Assembly (NCBI RefSeq): GCF_009914755.1 | Contig: NC_060940.1 | DNA from: the human T2T-CHM13v2.0 reference genome, Homo sapiens | DNA length: 64,000 bases | Reading direction: 5' to 3' (one strand) | Part shown: piece by piece, positions 16,561-32,254 of the stretch | Position numbering within the stretch: position 1 is the stretch's first letter | Layout: each line of letters starts with the position of its first letter | Translations under genes and position numbers: made by a program | The notes under the pieces: model-generated | Database searches by the model: none | What the model saw: the letters and a program-made list of their open reading frames with translations, nothing else | Told to the model about the DNA's origin: nothing

Positions 16561-16866
16561 AAATAATTTTAGCTGAGTTAAGCAGTCAACTGGTTATTTG
16601 AACCAAAATCTTTCAGATTTCAAAGGCTTTGAATTAAGGTGCACCAGCACTCATTTAACCTCCCTACACCTCAGTTGCCCTCTCTGAAAAATGGGGGGGT
16701 GGTACCACACACTTCTTTATTTTTCCAACTCTACAATATTTAATTTTCTCTCCTCATCTTCCCCTACTCCCATGAATACACAATGCATTTGGTCCTAACC
16801 CCATCTCTTAGTATATGCTGTTCCTCCCACCCAGAATGCCTTTCTGCCTCATCCTCTTCAGTCTAA

Positions 16867-17279
<413 letters not shown>

Positions 17280-18152
17280 TCTCTTGGTTTTCTTAATCCA
17301 TTCCTCATGTGACAGCACTTAGCAATACATTGCCTCCTGCTATTCTCTGAGGATTCCACTTTCACACATTTGGTCCCACCAGGAGCAAAGGTCAGATCTT
17401 CCCTTCTGTCATTTATGTTTATCCAGCAGACTTGCCATTGAGCACAGCATGTTCACCATTTATTGACTTGATTCAAAAAGGGATACCTTAATCTCCACCC
17501 GAGGACCACCTTTTCCCTACTTGACACCAAACACAAGGAAGGCTGAGCAAGGACAATAAGCCAGGCCACAAATCTTTGTCCATATTATTTTTCTGCAGCT
17601 GTAATTCCTGTTCATTCCCTGCATCAGGCTTATTGGCCACCCCTCATGATCATCTCAAATAATACCTCTTCCACAAAGTATTACTTGACTCCTTCAGGTT
17701 AGACGCATCCTCTTCCAACTCTCAACCCCTGTTCTTCATGTGGCACACACCACTTAGAGGGCACCTTCTTTATTTATGTTGGTCCCAACCACTCAGGACT
17801 AATTTTAAAAAGACACCTCTTTCTGAAGACCCTTTACTACCATTTGCCAAAACAACTGTCAAAATAAAACACAAATGTTTGATGAAGCTGATATGAAGGG
17901 TGCTCCTGGACTTGTGTAATTCATAGCCTGAACAATGTTATCACCTCTCCCAGACTGTCAACTCCCTGAGGATAAGAATTCATAACTCAGTACCCTGAAC
18001 TCTGGGAGCACTGTGAGTTGCAGAGAGAGTGGATTTAGAGACAGGCAAACTGAAGTTCAGTTTTAAATCCACAACTGTTGGTGTTTATACCCTTAAGGAA
18101 ATCAAGTTATTCCAGACTCAGCTCACTTCTGTGTCAATGGGGGTAAGGCCGC

Positions 18153-18830
<678 letters not shown>

Positions 18831-18925
18831 ACCACACAGCACTGTTGCGAAGTTTCATGGTGGCATCATGAGAGTTAGAAGGGGTCCTATGATAAGCACA
18901 TTGTTTTTGATTGACATCCAGTAGT

Positions 18926-19010
18926 AGTGTGACCAACCATCCCAGTTGTCCCAGCACTGAGGTGTTTCCTTTGGCATGAAAATTTCAATGCTAAAACCAA
19001 AACCATAAAT
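18926..19010. mobile_element. MER81-like hAT-Blackjack fragment
   Basis: gtgaccaaccatcccagttgtcccagcactgaggtgtttcc...aatgctaaaacc. Confidence 0.6.
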
Positions 19011-19549
19011 TATGGACCACAAATTAAGAGTTTGATCCACTAAGAAATATACCAAAAGGACAGCTATAGAAAGGCTTCAAATCTACTTCTTAGTAAACAC
19101 ATCACTTCAATAAACATCCATTGAACATCTACTTTATGCTAGCAAAGTATAGGAATTAAAGAGGTAAGTAAAAATTGTGTGGTCCTTTCTCTGCAATCAT
19201 TTAGAGTTTAAGGGAAAGGCAGATCCTATGCAAATAATTACAATAAATGGCAATATGTCTGCAGCTAATGTTCCTGTTGCTGTAAGAACATTAGGAGGGG
19301 GACCTGACCCATCAGAATACTGGTTAATCTTCCATTACTCCATTTCTACTTGCTTTTTTCAGGGCAAACACCAAGTTGATTTATCAGAAAGAATACAAAT
19401 TTCTCATGCTTTTCAGAACTGGGCAGATAATATCAATGAGTAAAACGAGCCAGGTGCAAGATGATAACAGTGGTGAAAATCTTAGCTAAAGGCATTCAAA
19501 TTCATTTAAATGTAAATGAAATAAAACCGATCTACTGGCTGCTCATTTG

Positions 19550-20070
19550 GACTGTCTGTTCTAAACGAACTGAAAAATATTCATGTTCCTTCCTCTCGCA
19601 AAAACCTAGGCTTCCTTCTATACCAGTACAGTTCACGGGACTGCATCCCTTCTGGGGCAGAGCGATGTGCCTATGGATATACAATAAGCCCGGATCTTCG
19701 AAAAAGTCCTCCCTTATGTATATCAGAACACTTATTTGTTTCCCTGGCCATAAAAATATATACAAGGGGGAGGGGTGCACCTGTCCCATGGCGGATCAAT
19801 TAGATTCTGTCTCCTAGGAATTTGAAAGTTGATAGGTAAGACACACAGACCAGGAATTGTTGGCTCTAAACCAATGTAATAGTGACTCTCCTTCGTCGAG
19901 GAATGTTGCCTCACCTTATGACCTTTCCAAGATTAGTTGCTCAACTTATACTTTGATTTTTAAAAGGTCTAGTAAAGCCCCAAACAATATTTTCTATTGT
20001 TTCTCCTTCATTACCTTTTAATTAAATTAAGCTAATCAGGCTTTATTTCTGTTGCTTGCTACCAAAATGT
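19550..20070 (+). mobile_element. Old ERVL-type LTR (subfamily uncertain)
   Basis: The 3' end taagctaatcaggctttatttctgttgcttgctaccaaaa is typical of ancient ERVL/MaLR LTR ends. Confidence 0.5.
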
Positions 20071-20419
20071 CTTTCACTTTGTTCCTACCTGCACTATAAC
20101 ATCTGTACTGCTATTCAGATTCCTACATTTCATCCTCCATACTCATATCAAGCCCACTTGCCAGATGAAATGTTCCCACACCTCAGTTCTGATCATGTGC
20201 CACCCTTCTCAAAACCCTGAAATGGATCCCCACTGTCCAAAAATAAAATCCATGCTCCTTGGCAACTTTAATTTTTCCAACCTTCCATCCTAAAACTGTT
20301 CTTAACAGTATCCTGCATTGGAGCAAACCCAAACCACTCATGGTATCCCAGTAAAGTCTTGTGATTTTCCACTTCTTAGCTTTTGTTCCTACACCTCCCT
20401 CCACTGGAAATGCAGTCAT

Positions 20420-21125
<706 letters not shown>

Positions 21126-21139
21126 CAAAAGTCTTGTTT

Positions 21140-21676
21140 TTCTATTCAGCCATCGAAGGACATTTAGGTGTTTTACAGTTTGGGGCAATTATGAAAAGAG
21201 ATTATAAACATTTGTGCACAGGTTTTTGTGTGACCATAGGTTAAATACCTAAGAGTGAGATCGTTGTATGGATAAACAATGAAATACAATATGGGAATAC
21301 AAACAATGAATTATAGAAACACAGAACAGCTTGAATGAATTGCAGAGGCATTCTACTGATTGACGGAAGTGACCCTCAGAAGGTTACACACTGTATGATT
21401 CTATCTTATATGACATTCTCCGAAACCCAAAACTACAGACACAGAGAAGAGATCAGTGATTGTGTGACTAGAGCAGAAAGTGTGGCTGTAAGTAGACATG
21501 TAAGGGATTTTGGGGGCTGGTGTGATGGAACGGCTCTGAATCCTGATTGCAGTCATGATTATACGAATCTGTGTGCCAAGAATCATACAGTCATGCCTCC
21601 AACAGTCAATTTTACTAGATATTATTTTTAAAAATAAAATTTAAAATTTTCATTAAAAAATAAAAGAAAATAAAGC
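21140..21676 (+). mobile_element. L1M 3' end with 5' inversion (inverted about 21140-21268, sense about 21270-21676)
   Basis: An antisense ORF2-end segment is joined to the sense continuation ggataaacaa...ctgtatgattc and an A-rich tail. Confidence 0.75.
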
Positions 21677-22509
21677 AAAATCACAAGTCTCATTTAAATA
21701 CAAAGATCTGTCTCGCCTAAATATTCACATGTTCAAATCCTCCAAAACTGAGCAGAGAGTCCACCTTTTCCCAAAAGGCTCACTGAGCTTCCAGCCTCCA
21801 CTCCCTCCTCAAAACTCCCCTCACTTCCTCTGCAGCTCCATTTCCACCTTAGAGTTTTTCAAACACATACATTCTCTTCTTTGCTGGAGGGTAAGCTCCC
21901 GGGAAACAGGGATCATGTCTGAGCCCTCGCTGCGTGCCCTCACCCCTGCACAGTGTCTGGCATGTGGTAGGCGGTCAGTGACCATTTGCTGAATGAGCAG
22001 GAGCAGATTTTCATCTGGCCGGAGCTGGAGTCCTGAGCAGCGTTGAGAATGTCCCGGTGTGCTGGATGGCATGTGAGAACCATCAGGACAGAGTTCACTG
22101 TATTCTGGCCTAAATAGAGGTCTGAACTCTGCCGGGCCTCATAATGAAACTTGACAGCACTATGTACATTAGCAGTAATAATGTTTCACACCCGGACATG
22201 GATTTCTGGTGTGGAAATGTGTCCCCTAAAAGACTAAGCTCTGCAAGTCCCAGTCACTGCTCTGATATTCATATCTTCATCCATAATTGCAAGGTCACCC
22301 TCTTGGTGGGAGAAGAGAATGATGTGTTTACCACCTAAAGGGCAAAGGAACTGCTGGGTGGAGGAGGAGTTTTGTTTTGTTTTGTTTTGTTTTTCTGTAT
22401 AAATGGTAAAAAGAATATAGCTTTTTTTTTCTTTTTACTATAGTCCTTCTTCCAGTTTTTTTTCCCAAATAGCTATAAAGGGTTAATCTTACAACTACAG
22501 AGAAATAAT

Positions 22510-22662
22510 TGTGGGGAGAGTAGGAGGAAGAGAAAGAGGGAACAAAGGAGGAGAAAGAGGAAAAGAAGAGAAGTTAAAGAGAAGAAAACCCAGGGGAAGA
22601 AGGAGAAGAAGAAGACAGACCAACAGGAGAGTAAAGGGAGAAGTGTGGGAAAAGGAAAAGGG
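22510..22662. repeat. GA-rich polypurine low-complexity tract
   Basis: About 150 nt of almost only A and G on the plus strand. Confidence 0.8.
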
Positions 22663-23012
22663 CTGTTTTCTTACACTTGATAATGAAACAAAATGGAGTT
22701 TGAAGCCCAGCAGAGCCCTTCAGGAAAGCTGGCCAGGGCTGTGTGGGAGGAGATCCTCACGTCAGTACGATGAGAGCAAGAGAGAGTGGCAAGATGGATT
22801 GCGTCCAGAGCTGGGCGAGCAGCAAACAGGAAGGGAGCAGTGAGGGGATGCACCACACCGTGGCCTGGCACCAGGCCCTCCCTGGTGACATTGGGAAAGT
22901 AGGTCAGTTTCAGAGCTGGCTGGGGGATGAATGGTCAGCCAGGAGCAAGTGGTGGGAATTAAAGGTGCTGAGTGAGAGGTTGACTTAAGCATGGGATCTA
23001 GGAGACAGGGAG

Positions 23013-23358
23013 TGTTATTAGTCTGTTTTTCACACTGCTGATAAAGACATACCTGAACTGGGAAGAAAAAGAGGTTTAATGGACTTATAATTCCATGTGG
23101 CTGGGGAGGCCTCACAATCATGGTGGAAGGCAAGGAGGACCAAGTCATGTCTTACATGGAAGGGAGCAGGCAAAAAGAGTTTGTGCAGGGAAACTCCACC
23201 TTTTTAAAACCATCAGATCTCATGAGACTTATTCACTATCACAAGAAAAGCATGGGAAAAACCCGCCCCTATGATTCAATTACCTCCCACCAGGTCCTTC
23301 CCACAACATGTGGTAATTCAAGATGAGATATGGGTGGGGACAATGCCAAACCATATCA
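23013..23358 (-). mobile_element. THE1 (THE1A-like) solo LTR
   Basis: TG...CA ends and THE1 motifs (ggaaggcaaggaggaccaagtc, caaaccatatca). Perfect 5-bp TSD gggag at 23008-23012 and 23359-23363. Confidence 0.93.
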
Positions 23359-23404
23359 GGGAGCTTCCCTAGCACAACAGAAAGAATGAAAGCCAGCCCT
23401 AGGT

Positions 23405-23605
23405 TGAGCTGTCCAGTAGATCTTTCTAGCACAATGGCAATATATCTGTCACATCCAGTATGGCAGCCACTAGTCACCTGTTGCCATTGAGCAACTGAAA
23501 TGTGGATAGTGTGACTGAGGATATGAATTTTCCATTTTATTTTACTTAATTTCCATTTAAATAGCCACATATGGCTAGTGGCTGGCTGTCATATCAGATA
23601 GCTTA
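23405..23605. mobile_element. MER3 hAT-Charlie element
   Basis: gctgtccagtaga...ggcagccactagtcac...aaatagccacatatggctagtggct. Confidence 0.8.
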
Positions 23606-23942
23606 AGTACAGAGAAAAGAGCTGTGTGGATCACATTCAAGGAGAAATTGATTGCCAAGAGGATCCCAAAAGGCTGTTTTCTGAAATGCCTTAAGTGTAT
23701 TTGAGATGGTACACAGATGCATTTAGATGGCACATGGGCAAACTTTATTTTTAGAATTAGATTTTATTATTTTCATGTATATTGGAAAAATGGAACTAGC
23801 ATCTCAAACCCACTGTTTCATATATATCGTTGCTTAAGAAGACGCTATGGTGGAATTTTATGTCTCTAAAAGATTAGGTCAATGTAGGTAAAAAGTACTA
23901 TGTTAACAATACCACAGAGGGCTTACAGATCTAGCAAAAAGT

Positions 23943-24412
23943 AATACATGTATTTCATGTAAACGGAATCATACACTATGTGGCCTTTTGTGCCTGGCCT
24001 CTTTCACGTAGCCTAATGTTTTCAAGGTTCATCAATGTTGGAAAACATATTTCATTCCTTTATGGCTCATATTCTATAGTATGGACAAAACCACATTAAG
24101 TTCATCCATCAAATGTCTGTTGATGGACATCTAGGTTTACACTTTGGGTTACTATGAACAGTGCTTCTAGGAACATTCTAGTACAAGTTTTTCAGTTTTT
24201 GTTTGAATACCTATTTTTAATTTGGGGAGGTATCTAACTAGAAGTAGAATCTTTTAGGGGTAGGGTAATGAGGTGGTTCTGAAACTAGATAGTGGTGATG
24301 GTTGTACAACATTGTGAATGCACTTAATGCCACTGAATTATACAGTTTAAATTGTTAAAATGGCAAATTTTTTGTTTTCTGTATTTTTCCACAACAAAGA
24401 ATCATTTTAAAT
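23943..24412 (+). mobile_element. L1MB-like 3' end with 5' inversion (inverted about 23943-24250, sense about 24255-24412)
   Basis: An antisense L1 segment is followed by sense ttctgaaactagatagtggtgatggttgtacaacattgtgaatgcacttaatgccactgaatt. Confidence 0.78.
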
Positions 24413-24550
24413 GAAAGTAACAAAGAAAGCAAGCAGATGGCTGAATAGAACTGAGCTAATTCAAGGATACAATAAGTAGTTGAAAAGCAGTCATAGCTGA
24501 GATATGAGATTTAAACTCATATTTGAGTCTCATATGAAGTCTCAGAGTTC

Positions 24551-24850
<300 letters not shown>

Positions 24851-25218
24851 TTAGAGTTCTTTTGATTCAATCTTCTGCCCCTGAATCATTTCTACAATAC
24901 CTCTGGCAGATAGGTGGGCCTATTTTTCTGCTTGCCTGCTTCCATGGAGTAAAGACCTCAGTACCTCTCCAAAACAACCAGTATCATTGGTGTATAGATA
25001 CACATTTTAGAAAGGTCTTCTTTACTTTAACTAAAAAAAAAAAATCCATCTTGTAATTTTCACATTTTATCCTATAGTCCCCAGAATTATCCAAAATAAT
25101 GTATTCCTACTATGTGCCTGGCTAACAGCACAGGAGCTAACAGCAGCCTTAAATAGGAGTGACAGCAAAGAGTTAGCGGAGGTCAGCCCGTGTAGAGAAG
25201 TTTCCAAAATGACCATAA

Positions 25219-25352
25219 GCTGAGTGTGGTGGCTCACACTTGTAATCACAGCATTCTGGGAGGCCAAGGTGGGAGAATCACTTGAGGCCAGGAGTTTGAG
25301 ACCAGCTTGGGTAACATAGAGAGATGCTCGTCTCTAAAATAAACAAACAAAA
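25219..25352 (+). mobile_element. FLAM (Alu monomer)
   Basis: Single left arm with tail and TSD aaaatgaccataa / aaaatggtcataa. Confidence 0.88.
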
Positions 25353-25384
25353 TGGTCATAAAATGAATGAAAGGAACAGTGAAA

Positions 25385-25640
25385 CACAGTGATTACATGC
25401 ACTAGCTCTGGAGCCAGAAAACCTTAAATTTATATGCTAACTCAGCTAGTTCCTAGTGTTAGCGATCTTGGGCAAGTTATTTAACTATCCGTAGCCTGTT
25501 TCTTGATCAGTAAAATGGGCATAATCATAGCAGCCATGCCATAGGTTTGTCATGAGTATAAAATGAGAATTCATCGAGAGTCCTGAGCACCATCCCAATC
25601 CCTGTATCCAGTGGCTCTCATTAATATTAGCCCATGAATG
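25385..25640 (+). mobile_element. MIR
   Basis: gctctggagccaga...cttgggcaagttatttaact...gtaaaatgggcataat. Confidence 0.8.
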
Positions 25641-26091
25641 TTAACAATGCCCTCCAACTTAGGAACAAGGAAGTGCATTTGGAAAAACATAGCTCTACAA
25701 AGGTCTGTCTCCTAACCTGTGATGGCCATTTACCCATCATGTAACAGGGAGAAGCACATGATTATAATGTCTAGAAAATTTTAAATAATTCTACAGAAAA
25801 AAACCTGAGTATAAAGGTTGAGTGAACACTTTTACACTTTTGGGAAGTTTCTATGACTTATTTAAGTGATGATTCCCACCCTTAGTCAAGCTGAAAAGCA
25901 GCTCCTAAAGGGTGAGAGGCATTAAGGTATTGTGCTTAAGAGCATGACTGGGCAAGCTATTCACTCTGCATCTTAGTTTTCTCAACTGTAAGATGGGGTT
26001 AATATCCCTACCTCATAGTGTTGGTGGGAGGATTAAATGAGTTAGTACCTGTAATGTGCTGGCACACAGTGAGCACAAAATATGTGTTAAC

Positions 26092-26360
26092 TATGATGAG
26101 GATGATGGTGATGGTGGTGATGGTGATGATGGTGGTGATGGTAATGACGATGACGATAAAGGAAAAGGAGAAGGAAGAAGAAGAATGGGGAAAAAAAGGA
26201 AGAAGATGTTGGTAATTATGGCAATGATGATGATGGCAATGATGATAGATAATGATGTTGGTGATGGTGTGATGTTGATAGCAATGGTGGTAGTGATTAT
26301 GGAGATGATGCTATAAATGGTGATGGCAATGATGTGATGTTGATGATGATGACGATGATA
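26092..26360. repeat. (GAT/GGT)n degenerate trinucleotide repeat with a GAA-rich core, at the 3' end of a MIR (about 25915-26090)
   Basis: gatgatggtgatggtggtgatg... is directly visible. Confidence 0.9.
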
Positions 26361-26549
26361 CCAATGTCGGCATCATTTAGTCTCTGCCCTTTCCAGAACC
26401 ATGGTTCCAGAAACACCATTTTCAGAACGTAGCCCCTGATGAAATGCATATAAAAGCTTTATGAAGCTGCAAAAGGAATAATGAAAAGATAAAGCACTCT
26501 TCTTAAAATTCAGAGTAAGTGGGTGGGGTGGGGGGAGGGTAGTACAAAG

Positions 26550-26790
26550 AAGTGGTTAAGAACAGAAGCTTTGGACTTAAGAGTCCTTGCTTTGTATCTC
26601 AGTATTGCTAGTTATGAGTCTGCCTCTTTAATTGTGCCAACTGGGATTCATGTTTAAAATCTGCATAATGGGGATAATAAAAATACTCATATGGAGTATC
26701 TCTGCGTATTAAAAGGGCAATATGCACAAAACACTTTGTAGAGAGCCTGGAACATAGTAACTGAAGAATAAACATTAGTTATCACTGGTA
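26550..26790 (+). mobile_element. MIR
   Basis: gtggttaagaacagaagctttgga...aatgggataataa...gcctggaacatagtaa. Confidence 0.7.
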
Positions 26791-28802
26791 TTAATGGGCA
26801 CAATTAAAGGTGAATGATCTGAGCCAAGGAACAAATGCTATTGAATTTCATATCTAAAAGGCAGTAATAGCTGTGCTGTTCAGCAAAAGTGGATGGGAGG
26901 ATTCCAAGGCAGATAATTCAGCTGGACCCAAATAGTCTCCACATAGAAGAGTTTTAAGGTTATCTATCTAAACCAACAGAACTGCTCCCTCTGCCCTTGG
27001 CCTCGCCATACATTGCAGAAACTCTTCCCAGTCTTCCTGCCAGAAGATTCCAGTGTCCACATGATTTCTCTCCACTTCTTTGGAGGGTCCCTTCCACTGA
27101 TAGCTTAAAGTGTCAGCAAGAGTTTCCTTTCACTGAACCACAGTTATTTCCTTGAAGCTTCAACCCACTAGCTCTAGTTCTCTACTGTAAGCAAAGGAGA
27201 CTAATTCTACTACAATTTCCGGATGGCAGTCCTTTAAAACTCTGAAGCCAGTTCTTGGGTCACTCCTTATGAGTCTCCTCTAGGGAAACATTTCTCATAA
27301 GACACATAGTAGATATGGGTGCTCTATTTCATTCAAAAATATACATATAGAGTCTTCACTCTTTTTCTCCAGACAGGATCTTGAATTTGCAGAATGAGAT
27401 TCTATTCCAGGGACCTTTATGTAAAGATTTATAGACATTTGCTACAACGCATTGTGCAACCTTGTATTTTAGGTCAAATAAGTAATTGAAACAAGTTTCT
27501 TTATGTTTCCCCTCTATATAGAAATAATTAATAATAATATTAAATTGAGGGTCCAACATCGGCTAGGCACAGTGCTGGGTGTTTAACATAAGTTATCGCA
27601 TTTTATACTTCAGCAGCTCTGGAACTAAGCAGCTAATGCATTCAATTGAGAGAGTGTTTGCATGTTTCGGAAATTGGGCCTTGTATCCTGGAAAAGAGCT
27701 ATATTCTACGCTTCATTTACACTTCACTCATCAAAACACTCTTTGGTAAGAGCTATTTGATGTTCTAGGTCCAACTTTTTTTTTAGCTTTTGCCTTTGAG
27801 AGGTCATGTTTTGCATTCTTTGACTCAATCCTCAAGGCTCTGAGCCTGCTTAAAATGTAGAAGGCAGATAACGTTTGGGCTTGAAGTTTGAAATAACATT
27901 TTTTTTTCCATTTCTCCTTTGGGAGGGATATTGTATTTCACCCACAGGGGTTCTTTTTACTTGTTGCTGATTTTCAAAAGAAAAAAAGAAAAGAACAAAA
28001 TTACAAAATCCATTACGTGAAGGCATTAGAACTGAGTGTGAAAAACAATTTAGAATAGAGGCTCCCAAGAATGTTTGATTTGGAGAGAACTAGAAAATCA
28101 TTCTTGGTTAAAAAAAAAAAAAAGATGCAGTTCCAGTATTAGAATAAAATCAGACACTAATTTCTTCCAGCTAAAGTACAGCCAAGAGTCAAAATGCCAA
28201 GTCATCATTTAAAAAAACGGCAAATCTTAGTATTTCTTTCCTGGACAAAAACACCTAGGAAGACAATAAAACTTTACAGAACTGCCAGTTTTCAACATGC
28301 TGGCAGCAAAACCCAGCAGATGCACCAACAAGAAAGGCAGACCTAAACCAGCCTAGCAGGGGCATCATTTGGCAAAGGGACAGCCTGCCACCATACTGGT
28401 TTCTATTTCAGATAACAAAATTGTCCAATAGTGTCTAATAGAGTTAACTCAACCAGCTGTGTGGCTGACAGGCCTGCACCTGCTTTCAGTATCAGTTCTG
28501 GCTTCTGAACAGCACAGGCTATTCCAGTTCTTCTCACCGTGTTAAACCACAGAAAATTTCCCAATGCACAAGTTCTGAAACTATCTTCAACGCATACGCA
28601 TTTGTTTTGCTGTGGCTCAGAAGTTAGGCTTATTGAAGATGGAAAGATGGTCCCAGAGAGAACAAAGTGGGAACGTAAGGGGCTCCCAGACCCAAAGCTG
28701 AGGAAGACGACAGTGAATTGAAACTTGCCATTAAGGCTATAACAGCTTAATCACCTGGATATGATAGCAGCAGTTAGACAAGCCACAAAGAGACTCAACT
28801 GA

Positions 28803-29244
<442 letters not shown>

Positions 29245-29689
29245 AACTATACAGAATTCTTAATAAGGCAAGCTGAAGCTGACGGCAATTTACAAGTCAG
29301 GGAAATAAGAATCAACTGGTCAAGGAACACATCAAAACTGGGAGGACTTGAATCAAGTCCACCACCCTTAATAATAGCCACCTTCCTTAAGAACAGCACA
29401 GACCTACACAACTATCCAAATGTTCTAATAAAGGTAGAAAATACATACAAACAAGTATTTTTCTGTGAAAGCAGCTTTATGGTAAGATTATTTATCAAGG
29501 CCATTGCCCCAATTACTTGTTTCTACTTATTTGAACAGAGACAGTGTAATGGAATCCTGCTCCTAAAACTTGTATGTTTTTTTAACCAATGGTAAGAGAT
29601 GGGACTCACAACTCACAGTTGCTCTGTCCAATGAATTGATGTAATTGATGTCATTGTTATTAATATTAGAAGTACACCATCAATGGAGG

Positions 29690-29940
29690 TAGTTTAGGTG
29701 GTGGTGACAAGCACTGACTCTGGAGTTAAATTATTTGGGTTTGTGAACTGTCTCTGCAACTTGCTACTTATATAAACTAGTTGTTATTTCACCTCTTTGA
29801 GCCTCCGTTTTTTCATCTGTTAAATGGAGATACTAATGGCACCTACATGACAGGTTTGTTGTGAGAATTAGATTGATTAATAAATAGAATTTAGCACAGT
29901 ATGCCAGACACACTCTAGGCACTTGATAAATGCTAATTAC
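29690..29940 (+). mobile_element. MIR
   Basis: gactctggagttaaa...gagcctccgttttttcatctgttaaatggagatact. Confidence 0.8.
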
Positions 29941-32254
29941 TGCAGATGTGATAATACCTTTGGTTGTTGTTAATTAATCAACATCTGTACTTCCTTCCTG
30001 GGATTATTGAGAGTGCTGCAACAATTTCTCATCTGCCAATTATTTGCCAACTTTGTCTTCTGGAGTTGGAGGCATAAGAGTTAGGTCAATCTCTTTGTGT
30101 AATCTTGGTTATATGATGTCACCTCTGTGAACATTATCTGTAAAATTGGAATAATCCCATGCAACTCAAAGAATTGTTATGAGGATTCAAGATTTTGTAT
30201 ATGAGTCTAAAACACTATATAACATTATTGTAATAATTATTAATTATGTCTAATTAGGAGGGTAATAAAGCAAAGTGATCCCATGACCCCACAGATCCTC
30301 CCAACAGTCAAAAGCTTCATGACATGAGTCCTTGGAAAAAAAGAAGAGAAAGTTGCATTAAACATCACCCAACTTCTCAAGAGAACCAGAAATTGTGAGT
30401 AGGAGCTTTTCATACACCCTGAATCTGCCGGCACGTATAAATCGAGGTCTTCTCATTCTTCCCTCATTTTCAATACCACTTATTGGGAAGGAAGGTACTG
30501 AAATGAAAACAATTTGGAACCAAAAGGCACAACTCTCAGAGCCACAGCGATACAGTGACAAGTGAAATGGGCTTTCTAATAGTATCCTGCTGCGGATTAA
30601 CAGACACCTGGTATTCCACCTCGGAGGTGGCTGGTGATGCAGCCTTCTTCACTAGGAGTCAACGGTCCACTCCTAGCTCTTTTTCCACCATCCTCCCTTT
30701 TCCAACCTTTCAAGGCATGACCTCTTTTCCACCAGTTCCTCCCCGCCACCCACATCCCATATATTAACAGAAGCCCTTCAAATATCTCCTCCAGCTTTTA
30801 CAAGGCAGAGATGGAGTTGGTCATTTAACATATGAAAGGAATTTTCTTCTGGGGAGTTAAGTAAGTGATGTGAGGAAGTGATGAGCATCCTTTTGGCAGC
30901 TACTGCTCCATGGTGTCTCTTGGCCTTCAAACACCCAACTTTCCCTTTTGCAGAGGTAGCGTTGCCTAGTGGTTCATAGCAGACACTCTGAAGTGAGAAA
31001 GACCCGAAACTGAGTCTACCATGAGAATAAGTGTTTTTATTACCTTATAAACACTAAAATATTTCCCATCTCAGGGACTTTGCGCACTCTGCTCCCTTTG
31101 GCTGGAATGACTTTTCTCCGGCTCTTTTCATATCTGATTCTTCACCCTTCAGCTTTCAGTAGAAACATCACTTCTGCAAAGAGGCAAGAGGTGTGTTCCT
31201 TCCATCCTTCACGTTTTCCATCTCAGTACCCCATATCTGCCCTTCACAGGAGCCATAATATAGTGCAATTATTTTATGTATTTGATTCCTTACTCATTTT
31301 TGTTTAAATTCCCTATGAGATTATAACCCCAGGGGTCATGCTCTGTTGTTTTCACTGGTGTATCCCCTGTGGGGTTTGGCACTGAACACTAGGTAAATTC
31401 TTCAGATGAATGGATGAATGCAATTGTGACTGCTGTCCACTAACAATGTGACCTTGAAAAAGGCACTTGACTTTCCTAAGCCTCAATGTTCTTACATCTC
31501 AAAGGAGGATAATATCGCCTACCTCACAGCTACTTGGAAAACTGGACATGGAATGCACCACTGTTCTACTGCATCGGTTCCAAAATGCACATCTTTTGCA
31601 CTTTAACTTTTTTGAAATAAAGATCTTATAATAGCTAGACTCTTCAGTCAAATAAAATATGTTAACATCTCACTCTTATACAGGACCCAAGTTCTTCTAA
31701 CTTTTTAAAAACTTCCTTTGGAAAGACATGGTTGTGTGGTTGGATGTGTGTATTTACTGTTTAAGGACCAAGTTTACACCAGTACTCGTGCGTTCTGCTC
31801 CACAATTTCAACACGTCCTCCCTCTCACTCCCCGCCTAGAGATTGCTCCTTCTGCACTCTCTTAATGAGACTGTCGTTGTACATTTTTAAAAATTTTATT
31901 CTCAAAAGCCCCAGGGAGTTGGAATAATGAAACATACTTAATTAAGCTATGCAAAGCAATCCTGCCATCTAGGTGGCATTTTTTGTTCTATTTTCCTTGG
32001 TTATTCCGAGAATTATATTATTATATAAGAGCCAGCATTCATAGATCACTTACTGTGGGCCAGGTACTGAGCTAAATGTTTTACATGCTTTATTTAATTC
32101 TCACAAACTCCCCCACTGTGAGTGGGGACCAGCATTATTTCTATTTTACTGATGACAAAAATGAAGCTCAGATATATTTAGTTGCTTGCTCAAAGTCTCA
32201 CAGCTAATAAGTGGCAGAAAAAGCTGAAATTTGATTCCAAAGCCTGTGGATGTA

